Assembly (NCBI GenBank): GCA_049602435.1
Contig: JBMYRO010000002.1
Span: 35,370-99,369, forward strand
Reading direction: 5' to 3'
Origin: Hyphomicrobiales bacterium
Lineage (GTDB): Bacteria; Pseudomonadota; Alphaproteobacteria; Rhizobiales; TMED25
DNA: 64,000 bases
Shown here: positions 31,738 to 40,832 of the stretch, one piece after another
Numbering within the stretch: the first letter of the stretch is position 1
Layout of the letters: each line of letters begins with the position of its first letter
Notes under the pieces: generated by a model
The model's input: the letters and a program-made list of their open reading frames with translations, nothing else
Told to the model about the DNA's origin: nothing
The model's database searches: none
Made by a program: the position numbers and the translations under genes

Positions 31738-32931
31738 TCAAATTATACCCTTTTTGAGTAAGCTGTTTATGTAATCTTCTTCAAAACCAAATTCCATCAA
31801 CACATCTTTGTTATGCTGCCCCAGATCTGGAGCAGGATATTTGAGCTCATCTGGTTGTTCATATTCAGAGAAATTTATTGGCTGTCTTACAACATCCAAT
31901 TCTCCAAGTCGATGATGATTTACTTTTCTGTTCATTTTTAAATGCTTGACCTGCTCATCATTGAACATTTCAGCAATATTATTTACTGGTCCACATGGAA
32001 CTCCAACTCTGTTGAGCTTTTCTATCCAATAATCTGAATTATGTTGAATTAGGACCTCAGCAATGATCCCATTTAGTTCATCTCTGTTTTCTAACCTCAT
32101 CTCATCAGTAGAATATTTTACATCTTCAATTAATTGATCCAAACCAACGGCCTGACAGAACCTTGCAAACAATCTATCGCCAACAGCACTCACGTTAATA
32201 AGTTTATCAGATGTTTTGTAACAACCTTGTGGAATGCCCGTTGGATGATTATTTCCTGCTTGCTTTGCGATTTGACCCTTTTGAAGCCATCTTGAAGCTT
32301 GGAAGTCGAGCATAAATATACCCGCCTCTAATAATGATGTATGAACCCATTGCCCTTTTCCAGTAGACTTTCTATTGAGCAAAGCAATAATAATACCTTG
32401 TGCAAGAAACATCCCTGCACATAGATCATTGATAGGAATTCCGACTCTTGTTGGCCCACTTTCTTCCATTCCTGTAATTGACATTAATCCAGACATACCT
32501 TGTATGATTTGATCAAGTCCAGGTCTCTCTCTATATGGACCTGTTTGACCGAAGCCAGAAATACTTCCATATATTATTTTTGGATTTATTTCTTTAATAT
32601 TGTCATAATCAATTTTAAGACGATGTTTTACATCTGCTCTGAAATTTTCAATAATTACATCAGTTTTTTGTGCTAGTGAGAGAAAGAGTTCATGTCCTTC
32701 ATCGTTTTTCAAATCAATTGTAATGCTTCTTTTGTTTCTTTGAAGATTTTGAAAATCAAAACCATCACGATTTCCTGTAACACTCCCACCTTTTTGCCCT
32801 GGTTTATTTGGTGGATTCACTTGAATAACATTGGCACCCCAATCTGCAAGAACTCTTGCAGCTGTTGGGCCTGCCCTTGCAATTGTCAAATCCAGAACAG
32901 TATATTTTGATAAAGGTAAGTTTTTGTTCAA
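31738..32931 (-). CDS. class III (CaiB/BaiF family) CoA-transferase
   Basis: 397 aa. The N-terminal VLDLT...AGP.A...LAD.GA.VI.V..P motif and overall length are typical of family III CoA-transferases. Confidence 0.85.
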   Translation of the reverse strand: MNKNLPLSKYTVLDLTIARAGPTAARVLADWGANVIQVNPPNKPGQKGGSVTGNRDGFDFQNLQRNKRSITIDLKNDEGHELFLSLAQKTDVIIENFRADVKHRLKIDYDNIKEINPKIIYGSISGFGQTGPYRERPGLDQIIQGMSGLMSITGMEESGPTRVGIPINDLCAGMFLAQGIIIALLNRKSTGKGQWVHTSLLEAGIFMLDFQASRWLQKGQIAKQAGNNHPTGIPQGCYKTSDKLINVSAVGDRLFARFCQAVGLDQLIEDVKYSTDEMRLENRDELNGIIAEVLIQHNSDYWIEKLNRVGVPCGPVNNIAEMFNDEQVKHLKMNRKVNHHRLGELDVVRQPINFSEYEQPDELKYPAPDLGQHNKDVLMEFGFEEDYINSLLKKGII

Positions 32932-33138
32932 AGAAACCTCTCCAGGAATGTAGATTATATATATCTCACTTGTAACAATACTATATATGTCTTTATTTTA
33001 TATTAAAAAAATTCCATAATTTCAATATGCAATGAGCTCAAGCTAAAAAAAAATTAACAAAATATTAAAATTTATTTGAAATTGGAATTTAGATGATCTA
33101 TAACTGTAGATTGACGTTTGTACTAGGTACGAATTGTT

Positions 33139-33150
33139 TACACTAGTGTA
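33139..33150. promoter_or_regulatory. perfect 12-bp palindrome TACACTAGTGTA in the leader of the solute-binding-protein gene (candidate operator)
   Basis: Read directly from the sequence: TACACT / AGTGTA, 36 nt upstream of the start codon. There is no loop, so it is more likely a dimeric protein site than a hairpin. No regulator has been identified. Confidence 0.3.
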
Positions 33151-33172
33151 AGTGTTTTATTATTAACCTATA

Positions 33173-33179
33173 GGGAGGA
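33173..33179 (+). promoter_or_regulatory. strong Shine-Dalgarno sequence GGGAGGA
   Basis: It lies 6 nt upstream of the ATG at 33186. It is much stronger than the ribosome-binding regions I can see for most other genes in the window. Confidence 0.7.
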
Positions 33180-33185
33180 TATGAT

Positions 33186-34250
33186 ATGAAATCCACTACA
33201 AAATTTGTGCTTGGCGCTGCTTTCGGTGGTCTAGCACTATCAATGGTTTCAACATCTCCAGCTTTGGCGTTAACAGATCTAAACGTAATTACAGCAAACA
33301 ACGGATCATGTTCAATTTATCCGCAGCACGTTTCACGTTTAACTGGCGCTAACGAAGTTAACGGAGTTGATGTTAACCTACTAAATTCAGAAACAACTAT
33401 CCCATATGTTGCATTCCTAGATACAGGTGATGCTGAGTATGTGATGCTTGACTCTGCACAAGTACTACAAATGGCTAACGCAGGACAACCTGGTTCAGTT
33501 ATATATGAAGCATATAACTTTGCATCAGAAGGTATTGTTGTTCCAGCTGACAGCCCAATCAAAGGCCTAGCAGACCTACCAGGCGCTGTTATTGGTCTTG
33601 CTTCTGACCGTGATGAAATCACAACTTTGATCGCTCTAGACTCAATCGGTCTATCTGGCGATGTGATTGAAACAGTTGTTGTTGGTGACGCTGGACCTGT
33701 TATGGTTGACGCTCTAACATCAGGAAGAATTGACGGTTTCGCTGGTGGTTCATCAGACCGTGCTAACATCCAAGCTGGTGGTGTTGCTATTAGAAACATC
33801 ACACCAATGGCTGTGTCAGCAAACCCAGGTAACTCATTCGCTATGTGGGACTCACGCATGGATGAGCTAGATGAAGCTACAGCAGGTTTCCTACGTGCAT
33901 GGGCTATGGCTCAACACATGGGTGTACTTGACACTAAATTCGTAATAAGCGTATGTGCTGTTGCAACACCAGAAGTTTTTGAAAACATGGCTACTGGTTC
34001 TGCATTGATCAATGGTTCAGTTTATATTTATCAACTACGTCGTACAAATAAATATGGTGAACCTCGTAACTGGATTTGGGCTCAAATCCAAGGTCCTTAC
34101 ATTGGTCTAGGTGAAATCGATGGTTTCATCGATCCAGCAACATTCGTAGATCATAGATATATTGATCGTGCGAGTGATTGGGACACATACGAAGTTGTAG
34201 AACTTATGGATGCATGGGCAGCTGCTAACCCAGACAAAATGGTTCCATAA
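33186..34250 (+). CDS. periplasmic solute-binding protein, NMT1/SsuA/TauA-like (NitT/TauT-type) fold, orphan
   Basis: 354 aa with a Sec signal peptide (FGGLALSMVSTSPALA/LT). The segment G..IGLAS.RDE...L.AL.S.GLS.DV..V.VGD.GP..VDAL.SGRIDGFAGG resembles type-2 SBPs of the nitrate/sulfonate/taurine class. No permease or ATPase gene is adjacent. Codon and amino-acid usage are strongly atypical (see findings). Confidence 0.7.
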   Translation: MKSTTKFVLGAAFGGLALSMVSTSPALALTDLNVITANNGSCSIYPQHVSRLTGANEVNGVDVNLLNSETTIPYVAFLDTGDAEYVMLDSAQVLQMANAGQPGSVIYEAYNFASEGIVVPADSPIKGLADLPGAVIGLASDRDEITTLIALDSIGLSGDVIETVVVGDAGPVMVDALTSGRIDGFAGGSSDRANIQAGGVAIRNITPMAVSANPGNSFAMWDSRMDELDEATAGFLRAWAMAQHMGVLDTKFVISVCAVATPEVFENMATGSALINGSVYIYQLRRTNKYGEPRNWIWAQIQGPYIGLGEIDGFIDPATFVDHRYIDRASDWDTYEVVELMDAWAAANPDKMVP

Positions 34251-34280
34251 CAGTTCTTCATTCGAACTTGTCTAATAAAG

Positions 34281-34312
34281 CCCGAAAGAGTCTTCTCTTT
34301 CGGGTTTTTTTT
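34281..34312 (+). terminator. rho-independent terminator after the SBP gene
   Basis: Perfect 10-bp stem CCCGAAAGAG / CTCTTTCGGG with loop TCTT, followed by T8. It starts 31 nt after the stop codon and ends 10 nt before the next ATG. Confidence 0.85.
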
Positions 34313-34322
34313 ATATAAAAAA

Positions 34323-35441
34323 ATGAGTGAATTAGGTATTGCAATAATTGGCTGTGGGCGCGTTGGTAGAATGAGAGGCAAGATTGCCTCTGAATTCCCA
34401 GGCATATCTTGGATTGGGCTATGTGATTTGAATGAAGATATTGGCAAACAGTTGCAAAAGGATATAAATGCAGATTATTTTACTACAGATTATGCAGAGT
34501 TAATTCAAAGAAATGAAGTTGATGCAGTAATAGTTGCCACTTCAACTTGGTCTCACTTTGAACCTGCATTGATAACTATTGAAAATAAAAAAAAACTATT
34601 TATTGAAAAACCTCTCACATTGGATGCTACTCAGTCTAAATTTCTGATAAGTAAAATTGACCAATATAACAGTGATGTTTGCGTTGGTTATACCCAACGT
34701 TTTAGAAGAAAATTTATTTCAGCCAAAGAAAAAATAGAAAACTCTCAAATTGGAGACTTATCCTGTGCAGTAACCAGGACTTTCATGAATAGAATGGGGC
34801 CAATGAATGAGTTAAGACTAACACAAGACAGACGTTTCCTAACGCCTATGGTAGTTTCAGGCACTCATAGTCTAGATATGTCATTATGGTTAATCAATGA
34901 TACGCCCAAATCTGTGTATGCAAGATCTTCAAATAAAATACTCGGAGAACTAGGAACCAAAGATGCAACGTTTGGTATATTTGCATTTGATGATAAGATG
35001 TGGAGTATGAATATATCGTGGGCTCTCCCCAAAAAATGGCCAGGTGCAAGTTATGGCTTGCAAATGGGTTTTGTTGGAACAAAGGGGGTCATAGATATCG
35101 AAGACACACACAGAGATGTGATAATTGTAAGTGATTACGATCAAGGCAAGATATATAGACCAAAAGGACGTGAAGTTGAAGATGAGAGGTTTGTTGATTT
35201 TTTGACAAGCTACCCCCCAGGCGATATATATAAAAATGATCTCTGGGGACCCATGAAAGATGAAACATTTTCATGGCTTCAAAGAATATCTGTGGGTAGA
35301 AATACACCTCATACCAGTGCACATGAAGCACATAGAAATCTCATGTATACATTAGCAATGGACTTATCAGCAAAATTAAATAAGGAAATTGACTTAGATA
35401 TTTCTGAAGATTACATTATGGATAGATTAAATCTGGAATAA
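34323..35441 (+). CDS. Gfo/Idh/MocA family NAD(P)-dependent oxidoreductase
   Basis: 372 aa. N-terminal Rossmann motif IAIIGCGRVG and the EKP motif (IEKPLT) of the family. The substrate is unknown. Confidence 0.8.
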   Translation: MSELGIAIIGCGRVGRMRGKIASEFPGISWIGLCDLNEDIGKQLQKDINADYFTTDYAELIQRNEVDAVIVATSTWSHFEPALITIENKKKLFIEKPLTLDATQSKFLISKIDQYNSDVCVGYTQRFRRKFISAKEKIENSQIGDLSCAVTRTFMNRMGPMNELRLTQDRRFLTPMVVSGTHSLDMSLWLINDTPKSVYARSSNKILGELGTKDATFGIFAFDDKMWSMNISWALPKKWPGASYGLQMGFVGTKGVIDIEDTHRDVIIVSDYDQGKIYRPKGREVEDERFVDFLTSYPPGDIYKNDLWGPMKDETFSWLQRISVGRNTPHTSAHEAHRNLMYTLAMDLSAKLNKEIDLDISEDYIMDRLNLE

Positions 35442-35447
35442 TAAATA

Positions 35448-36455
35448 ATGAAAATCGGAGTAGTTGGAACAGGAGCAAATGGGAGCTGTATTGCAGCTGA
35501 CCTATCACAAGCTGGATTAGATGTTTCATTAATCGATCAGTGGCCTGAGCACGTTGAAACAATGAGAAAATGCGGGCTTACAATAGTTATGCCTGAAGAA
35601 ACCATTAACACTAAAGTTAAAGCATATCATTTATGCGATGTCTGTACATTCAATGAAAAATTTGATGTGATATTCATTGTTGTTAAGGCTTATGATACAA
35701 AATGGGTATCCACACTTATTGAGCCATACCTTAAAGAAGATGGACTAATGATTGGACTTCAAAATTGTATGACTGCGGAAATCATAAACGAAGTTGTTGG
35801 AGCCAAAAGAAATCTCGCAGCAGTAGTTGAACTCTCATCTGAAATATTTAAACCAGGTCAAGTTAAAAGAAATACTCCTCCTTCAGGGTCATGGTTTGGG
35901 GTTGGAAGCTTAACAGCTGATATGGATAATCGAATTCCAGAAATTTTAGAATTACTAAAATATTCTGGGAAGGTAGCGCACACTGAAAATATATTATCAG
36001 CAAAATGGATGAAACTTATTGTTAATGCAATGACAATGGGGCCAAGATCAATTCTAGGGCTCAGAGCAGTAGAGGCAATGAATGTTGATGGAATGCGAGA
36101 ATTAGCATTGAAGATTGGTGAAGAAGCACTTCTTATAGGTCAAAAAATGGGGTTCAGACCCGAACCGATTTTCGGATTAAAACAAAAAGATATAGAACAA
36201 TCCAATAGATTACTTGAACTGTTATTAGACAAAATAATTAATGATGTCGGACCTCACGCTAGGGATGCAGTATTACAAGATCATTTAAAAGGTCGTTTAA
36301 GTGAAGTTGATTTAATTAATGGACTCATATGGGAAGAGGGAAAAAAACATGGGATTGACTGTATGTATAATAAGAGAGTTTGCGAGATCACTGAAAAAAT
36401 ACAGAAAAAGTTAATCAGTCCATCACCGATGAATTCTAGAGAACTTGTTAGCTGA
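35448..36455 (+). CDS. 2-dehydropantoate 2-reductase (PanE/ApbA) family oxidoreductase
   Basis: 335 aa. MKIGVVGTGANGS dinucleotide fold, the VKAYD segment and a C-terminal ApbA_C-like helical domain. Whether it is the true panE cannot be decided from sequence alone. Confidence 0.7.
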   Translation: MKIGVVGTGANGSCIAADLSQAGLDVSLIDQWPEHVETMRKCGLTIVMPEETINTKVKAYHLCDVCTFNEKFDVIFIVVKAYDTKWVSTLIEPYLKEDGLMIGLQNCMTAEIINEVVGAKRNLAAVVELSSEIFKPGQVKRNTPPSGSWFGVGSLTADMDNRIPEILELLKYSGKVAHTENILSAKWMKLIVNAMTMGPRSILGLRAVEAMNVDGMRELALKIGEEALLIGQKMGFRPEPIFGLKQKDIEQSNRLLELLLDKIINDVGPHARDAVLQDHLKGRLSEVDLINGLIWEEGKKHGIDCMYNKRVCEITEKIQKKLISPSPMNSRELVS

Positions 36456-36460
36456 ACTAA

Positions 36461-37663
36461 TCAGGCTCTTTCTATTATCATCGAAATACCTTGTCCAACT
36501 CCAACACACATTGTACAAAGTGCATATCTGTGATTATTTCTTACAATTTCCTTTGAAGCTGTAAGAGCCAACCTTGCACCTGACATACCAAGTGGATGCC
36601 CCAAGGCTATTGCCCCACCATTTGGATTAACTTTTTCACTATCATCATTTATACCAAGCATCCTCAAACAAGCAAGTGATTGTGATGCAAAGGCCTCATT
36701 AAGCTCTATTACATCGATTTGATCTAGGCTTATACCTGTTTTATCGAGTAATTTCTGTGTTGAAAAAACTGGGCCAACTCCCATATATTTTGGTTCAACG
36801 CCCGCAGTAGCGCCACCACAAAATCTTGCTAATGGATTCAGTGAAAATTTCTTAACCATTTTTTCTGAAGCTATTATAAGACAAGCTGCTCCATCATTTA
36901 CTCCTGAAGCGTTTCCTGCTGTGACAGTTCCATTTTCTTTAAATGGGGTTGGCAAGCCATTTAACTTTTCAATAGTTGTCTCACGTGGGTGCTCATCTTG
37001 GTCAAATATTATTTTTTCTTTGCTTTTATTTGAGATTTCAACACCAATTATCTCATCACTAAAACGATTGTTTTTAAGAGAGTTTTGATATTTTCTTTGA
37101 CTATTATATGCAAATAAATCTTGATCATCGCGATTGATATTATAATACTCAGCCACATTCTCTGCAGTTTCTGGCATGGAGTCTGTACCATAAATAGAAA
37201 ACATCTTCTTATTAATAAATCTCCATCCAATTGTGGTATCTTCAACTTTATTATACCTCGAGAAAGCACTATCAGCCTTTGGCATTACAAAAGGCGCGCG
37301 AGACATACTCTCTACCCCACCAGAGATAATTAAATCCATTTCCCCTGACATAATGGCACGACACGCAACAATAACTGCATCCAACCCAGACCCACATAAC
37401 CTATTTATTGTTGTTGCTGGAATTGAAACTGGAAGACCTGATAGCAATGTCGCCATTCGAGCTACATTTCTATTATCTTCACCGGCTTGGTTTGCACATC
37501 CAAATATAACTTCGTCTATTTCACTAGGATCCATTTTTGGATTTTTTTTAATTAAATGATTAATCACAAGCGCGGCAAGATCATCGGGTCTTATTGAAGA
37601 GAGTGCACCACCGTATTTACCAATTGGTGTTCTGATACCATCACAAATAAATGCTTCAGCCAT
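36461..37663 (-). CDS. acetyl-CoA C-acyltransferase, PcaF/PaaJ-like (3-oxoadipyl-CoA thiolase subfamily)
   Basis: 400 aa. [51 protein letters not shown] (Cys nucleophile), [20 protein letters not shown], and C-terminal [12 protein letters not shown] and CVGVGQG. Confidence 0.85.
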   Translation of the reverse strand: MAEAFICDGIRTPIGKYGGALSSIRPDDLAALVINHLIKKNPKMDPSEIDEVIFGCANQAGEDNRNVARMATLLSGLPVSIPATTINRLCGSGLDAVIVACRAIMSGEMDLIISGGVESMSRAPFVMPKADSAFSRYNKVEDTTIGWRFINKKMFSIYGTDSMPETAENVAEYYNINRDDQDLFAYNSQRKYQNSLKNNRFSDEIIGVEISNKSKEKIIFDQDEHPRETTIEKLNGLPTPFKENGTVTAGNASGVNDGAACLIIASEKMVKKFSLNPLARFCGGATAGVEPKYMGVGPVFSTQKLLDKTGISLDQIDVIELNEAFASQSLACLRMLGINDDSEKVNPNGGAIALGHPLGMSGARLALTASKEIVRNNHRYALCTMCVGVGQGISMIIERA

Positions 37664-37672
37664 AAACTTTAC

Positions 37673-38386
37673 CTATTTACGAGCGCGTTGACCAAATAAT
37701 ACTTTTTGAGCGTCAAGATCTTTTGATAAATCATGACGAATATCCTCGCCGATACTGACACCTTTTTGAACAGCTGGCCTATCCATCATCCTACTAAACC
37801 AAGCATTTAAATATGGAAATTCATTGAGATCTTGACCTTTTTTTTCCGGATTTCTTACCCAGCCAATACAAGCCATATCTGCTATTGAATAATCTTCGGC
37901 AATGTAATCTCTTCCATCAGATAATTTCTTATCCAAAACACCATAAAGTCTATTTACTTCATTTGTATATCTATCTATTGCGTATTGAAGTTTGTTTTGA
38001 GAATAATTTCTGAAATGATGCGCTTGCCCTCCCATTGGTCCAAGGCCACCAACTTGCCAGAAGAGCCACTGATCGACTTCTAATTGTTTTCTATAATTGC
38101 TCGGATAAAATAAACCTGTTTTTCTTCCTAAATACTGTAATATTGCTCCAGACTCAAATATTGAAATTTCTTTGCCATCAGGGCCATCTGGATCTACGAT
38201 TGCAGGCATACGATTATTTGGTGAAATTTTAAGAAATGAAGGTTCAAACTGCTCCCCCTTTCCAATATTTACAAAATTAACATTATATGGGTATTGTGCT
38301 TCTTCTAGAAAAATTGTTATCTTGAAGCCATTTGATGTAGGCCAATAATATAATTCTATAGGTTTATTATTACTAAAGTCACTCAT
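37673..38386 (-). CDS. yfcG: Nu-class glutathione S-transferase / GSH-dependent disulfide-bond oxidoreductase (YfcG-like)
   Basis: 237 aa. It appears collinear with E. coli YfcG as I recall it: P.SNGFKITIFLEE, ISPNN..PAIVD, FESGAIL.YL..KTG, QWLFWQVGGLGPM.GQ.HHF. Confidence 0.8.
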   Translation of the reverse strand: MSDFSNNKPIELYYWPTSNGFKITIFLEEAQYPYNVNFVNIGKGEQFEPSFLKISPNNRMPAIVDPDGPDGKEISIFESGAILQYLGRKTGLFYPSNYRKQLEVDQWLFWQVGGLGPMGGQAHHFRNYSQNKLQYAIDRYTNEVNRLYGVLDKKLSDGRDYIAEDYSIADMACIGWVRNPEKKGQDLNEFPYLNAWFSRMMDRPAVQKGVSIGEDIRHDLSKDLDAQKVLFGQRARK

Positions 38387-38459
38387 TTAAAATTCTCGCT
38401 TAAAATTAAAATACTGATATAAGATATACTAAAAATAGCATAATAACACATATTTAGTA

Positions 38460-39341
38460 ATGAATTTATTTGATTGGACAAGGCTTATAATTCTATCACT
38501 TCTCTGGGGAGGGTCTTATACATGGATCGAACTTGCATTAATAGAACTGAATCCTATGATGATAGTTTTTTATCGTGTTTTGATATCAAGTATTTTTCTA
38601 ATAGTAATATGCAAAGTATTGTCTTTGACATTTAGAATAGAAAAAAAAATATTTATTTTTCTATTTTTCATGAGCTTAACAAATAATGTAATTCCTTTTA
38701 ATTTAATTGCTTGGGGACAACAAGAAATAACGGCGAGTGTTGGTTCGATTTTAAATGCAACGACCCCACTATTTACTGTCATAATTGCAAATTATTGGCC
38801 AAATGGAGAAAAAGCAACTTTGAATAGAATTTTTGGGGTTATTATAGGCTTTTGTGGAGTAATACTTCTATTGGGATTGAGTATTCATGATATTGATAAT
38901 TCCATAATTGGTCAGGCTGCAATCTTATTAGCTGCAATATCATATGCAATATCAGCTTTAATTGGGAAAGAAATAAAAAAAATTCATCCCGCAATATCTG
39001 CAACATATATGTTATCCATTTCCTCGGTTGTTTTACTGCCTATAATTCTATTGTCTGGAAATGAATTGATCCCTCAAGCAAGCAAGCAAAGTATGATTGC
39101 AATACTAGGACTCGCAATATTTTCTACATCCTTAGCTTATTTGATTTTCTATAAACTTATTGAAAATATTGGCTCGAATGTGATGCTTGTTACACTTTTA
39201 ATGCCAGTTAGTGCAATTTTATTATCAATAATAATATTAAATGAGACAATAAACACCACTCAAATAATTGGCTTAATATTGATATTAACTGGACTTATAT
39301 TAGTTGATGGTAGAGCGTTAAATTTCTTTAAACGATATTAG
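38460..39341 (+). CDS. EamA/DMT-family transporter
   Basis: 293 aa with ten hydrophobic helices arranged as two EamA repeats. Confidence 0.8.
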   Translation: MNLFDWTRLIILSLLWGGSYTWIELALIELNPMMIVFYRVLISSIFLIVICKVLSLTFRIEKKIFIFLFFMSLTNNVIPFNLIAWGQQEITASVGSILNATTPLFTVIIANYWPNGEKATLNRIFGVIIGFCGVILLLGLSIHDIDNSIIGQAAILLAAISYAISALIGKEIKKIHPAISATYMLSISSVVLLPIILLSGNELIPQASKQSMIAILGLAIFSTSLAYLIFYKLIENIGSNVMLVTLLMPVSAILLSIIILNETINTTQIIGLILILTGLILVDGRALNFFKRY

Positions 39342-40826
39342 TTATAACCCAATTTTCTTTAAAACCAATTCATTAACCTTGGATGGATTGGCTTTGCCCT
39401 GACTTTCTTTAATGACCTGCCCTACAAACCATCCAACCATTTTTGGTTTTTCTCTTGCTTGAGCTACTTTATCTGCGTTTTCATTTATAATCTTATCTAC
39501 TAGTTTTTCTATCGATGACTCATCAGTTATTTGAGACATACCTTTTTCGTCAACGATTGCTTTTGCACTTTTTTGGGTTTCCAACATTATCTCAAAAACA
39601 TCTTTTGCAAGCCTTCCAGAAAGAGTCCCATCTGTAATGAGATCTATTAGCTCACCGAGATTGTCAGCTGTTATTGGTGATTGATCAATATCTAGTGAAA
39701 GCCTATTTAATGCACTAAATAATTCGCCTGAAATCCAATTAACAGATAATTTTGGATCCCTTCCTTTTGCTACAACCTCGAAATATTCCGCATATTTTTT
39801 ATCGGAAACAAGAATATCTGCATCATAAGAATTAAGCTTGTACTGCTCCATAAGCCTATCTTTTTTATCATCTGGTAATTCGGGCAATTCTTTTAATATT
39901 TCATCGATAAAATCTTGATTGAGATTCAGAGGCAATAAATCTGGATCAGGAAAATATCTATAATCATGCGCTTCTTCTTTATTTCTCATAGATCGTGTTT
40001 TACCGGAAGAAACATCAAACAACCTTGTCTCTTGGACAATCTCATTCCCACTTTCAATTTCATCAATTTGTCTTCTTGACTCATAATCTATTGCCATTCC
40101 AATAAACTTAATCGAATTAACATTTTTTATTTCACACCTTGTGCCTAATTCATCACCAGGCTTTCTGACAGAAACATTAATATCAGCTCTCAGTGAACCC
40201 TCTTCCATATTTCCATCACACGTCTCAAGGTATCTTAGGATTGTGCGAAGTTTTGTCACAAATAATTTAGCTTCATCTGCACTCCTGAGATCAGGTTTTG
40301 TAACAATCTCCATCAGAGCTACACCTGACCTATTTAAATCAATATATGAAGATTGTGGATCAATATCATGAAATGATTTTCCAGCATCTTGTTCAAGATG
40401 GAGTCTTTCAATACGGACAAATATATCCGATCCATCTTTCAGTGTAACTTTTACAATACCCTCTCCAACTATTGGATGTTTAAACTGTGATATCTGATAA
40501 CCTTGAGGTAAATCAGGATAGAAATAATTTTTTCTATCAAATACTGAGTATTTATTGATTTCAGCCTTTAGTCCTAAACCGGTTTTAACTGCTTGTCGGA
40601 CACATTGTTTATTAATAACCGGGAGCATTCCTGGCATGGCTGCATCAACAAGACTAACATGAGACATAGGTTCACCGCCGTACGAAGCAGAAGATCCAGA
40701 AAATAATTTTGAATTAGATGTAACCTGAGCATGTATTTCTAAACCAATAATAATCTCCCAATCACCTGTTTGACTCTCAATTATAAAGCGAGGTTTTGGG
40801 TTATTAATTTCTGACATTGTGAGCAT
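39342..40826 (-). CDS. gatB: Asp-tRNA(Asn)/Glu-tRNA(Gln) amidotransferase subunit B
   Basis: 494 aa. [23 protein letters not shown] and a C-terminal GatB/YqeY domain. It lies in gatC-gatA-gatB order. Confidence 0.95.
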   Translation of the reverse strand: MLTMSEINNPKPRFIIESQTGDWEIIIGLEIHAQVTSNSKLFSGSSASYGGEPMSHVSLVDAAMPGMLPVINKQCVRQAVKTGLGLKAEINKYSVFDRKNYFYPDLPQGYQISQFKHPIVGEGIVKVTLKDGSDIFVRIERLHLEQDAGKSFHDIDPQSSYIDLNRSGVALMEIVTKPDLRSADEAKLFVTKLRTILRYLETCDGNMEEGSLRADINVSVRKPGDELGTRCEIKNVNSIKFIGMAIDYESRRQIDEIESGNEIVQETRLFDVSSGKTRSMRNKEEAHDYRYFPDPDLLPLNLNQDFIDEILKELPELPDDKKDRLMEQYKLNSYDADILVSDKKYAEYFEVVAKGRDPKLSVNWISGELFSALNRLSLDIDQSPITADNLGELIDLITDGTLSGRLAKDVFEIMLETQKSAKAIVDEKGMSQITDESSIEKLVDKIINENADKVAQAREKPKMVGWFVGQVIKESQGKANPSKVNELVLKKIGL

Positions 40827-40832
40827 CCATTC

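Noticed and set aside
24931-33185. Genomic island integrated at tRNA-Ser
   Set aside because: I saw no integrase, no visible direct repeat of the tRNA 3' end downstream and no compositional break in the MFS or ABC genes that follow.
33317-33859. 180-aa ORF antisense to the solute-binding-protein gene
   Set aside because: It lies entirely inside a well-supported gene on the other strand. Its translation is low-complexity (Ser/Pro/Ala/Thr/Ile-rich) with no recognisable motif. Long antisense ORFs are expected where local G+C is raised and stop codons are rare.
33186-34250. SBP gene as a recent horizontal acquisition from a GC-rich donor
   Set aside because: Third codon positions are mostly A/T (GCT, GGT, GTT, CTA, CGT), with C only in two-fold Y codons. 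That is the pattern of translational selection in an AT-rich host, not of a GC-rich donor (which would give GCC, GGC, CTG). There are no flanking repeats, integrase or tRNA junction.
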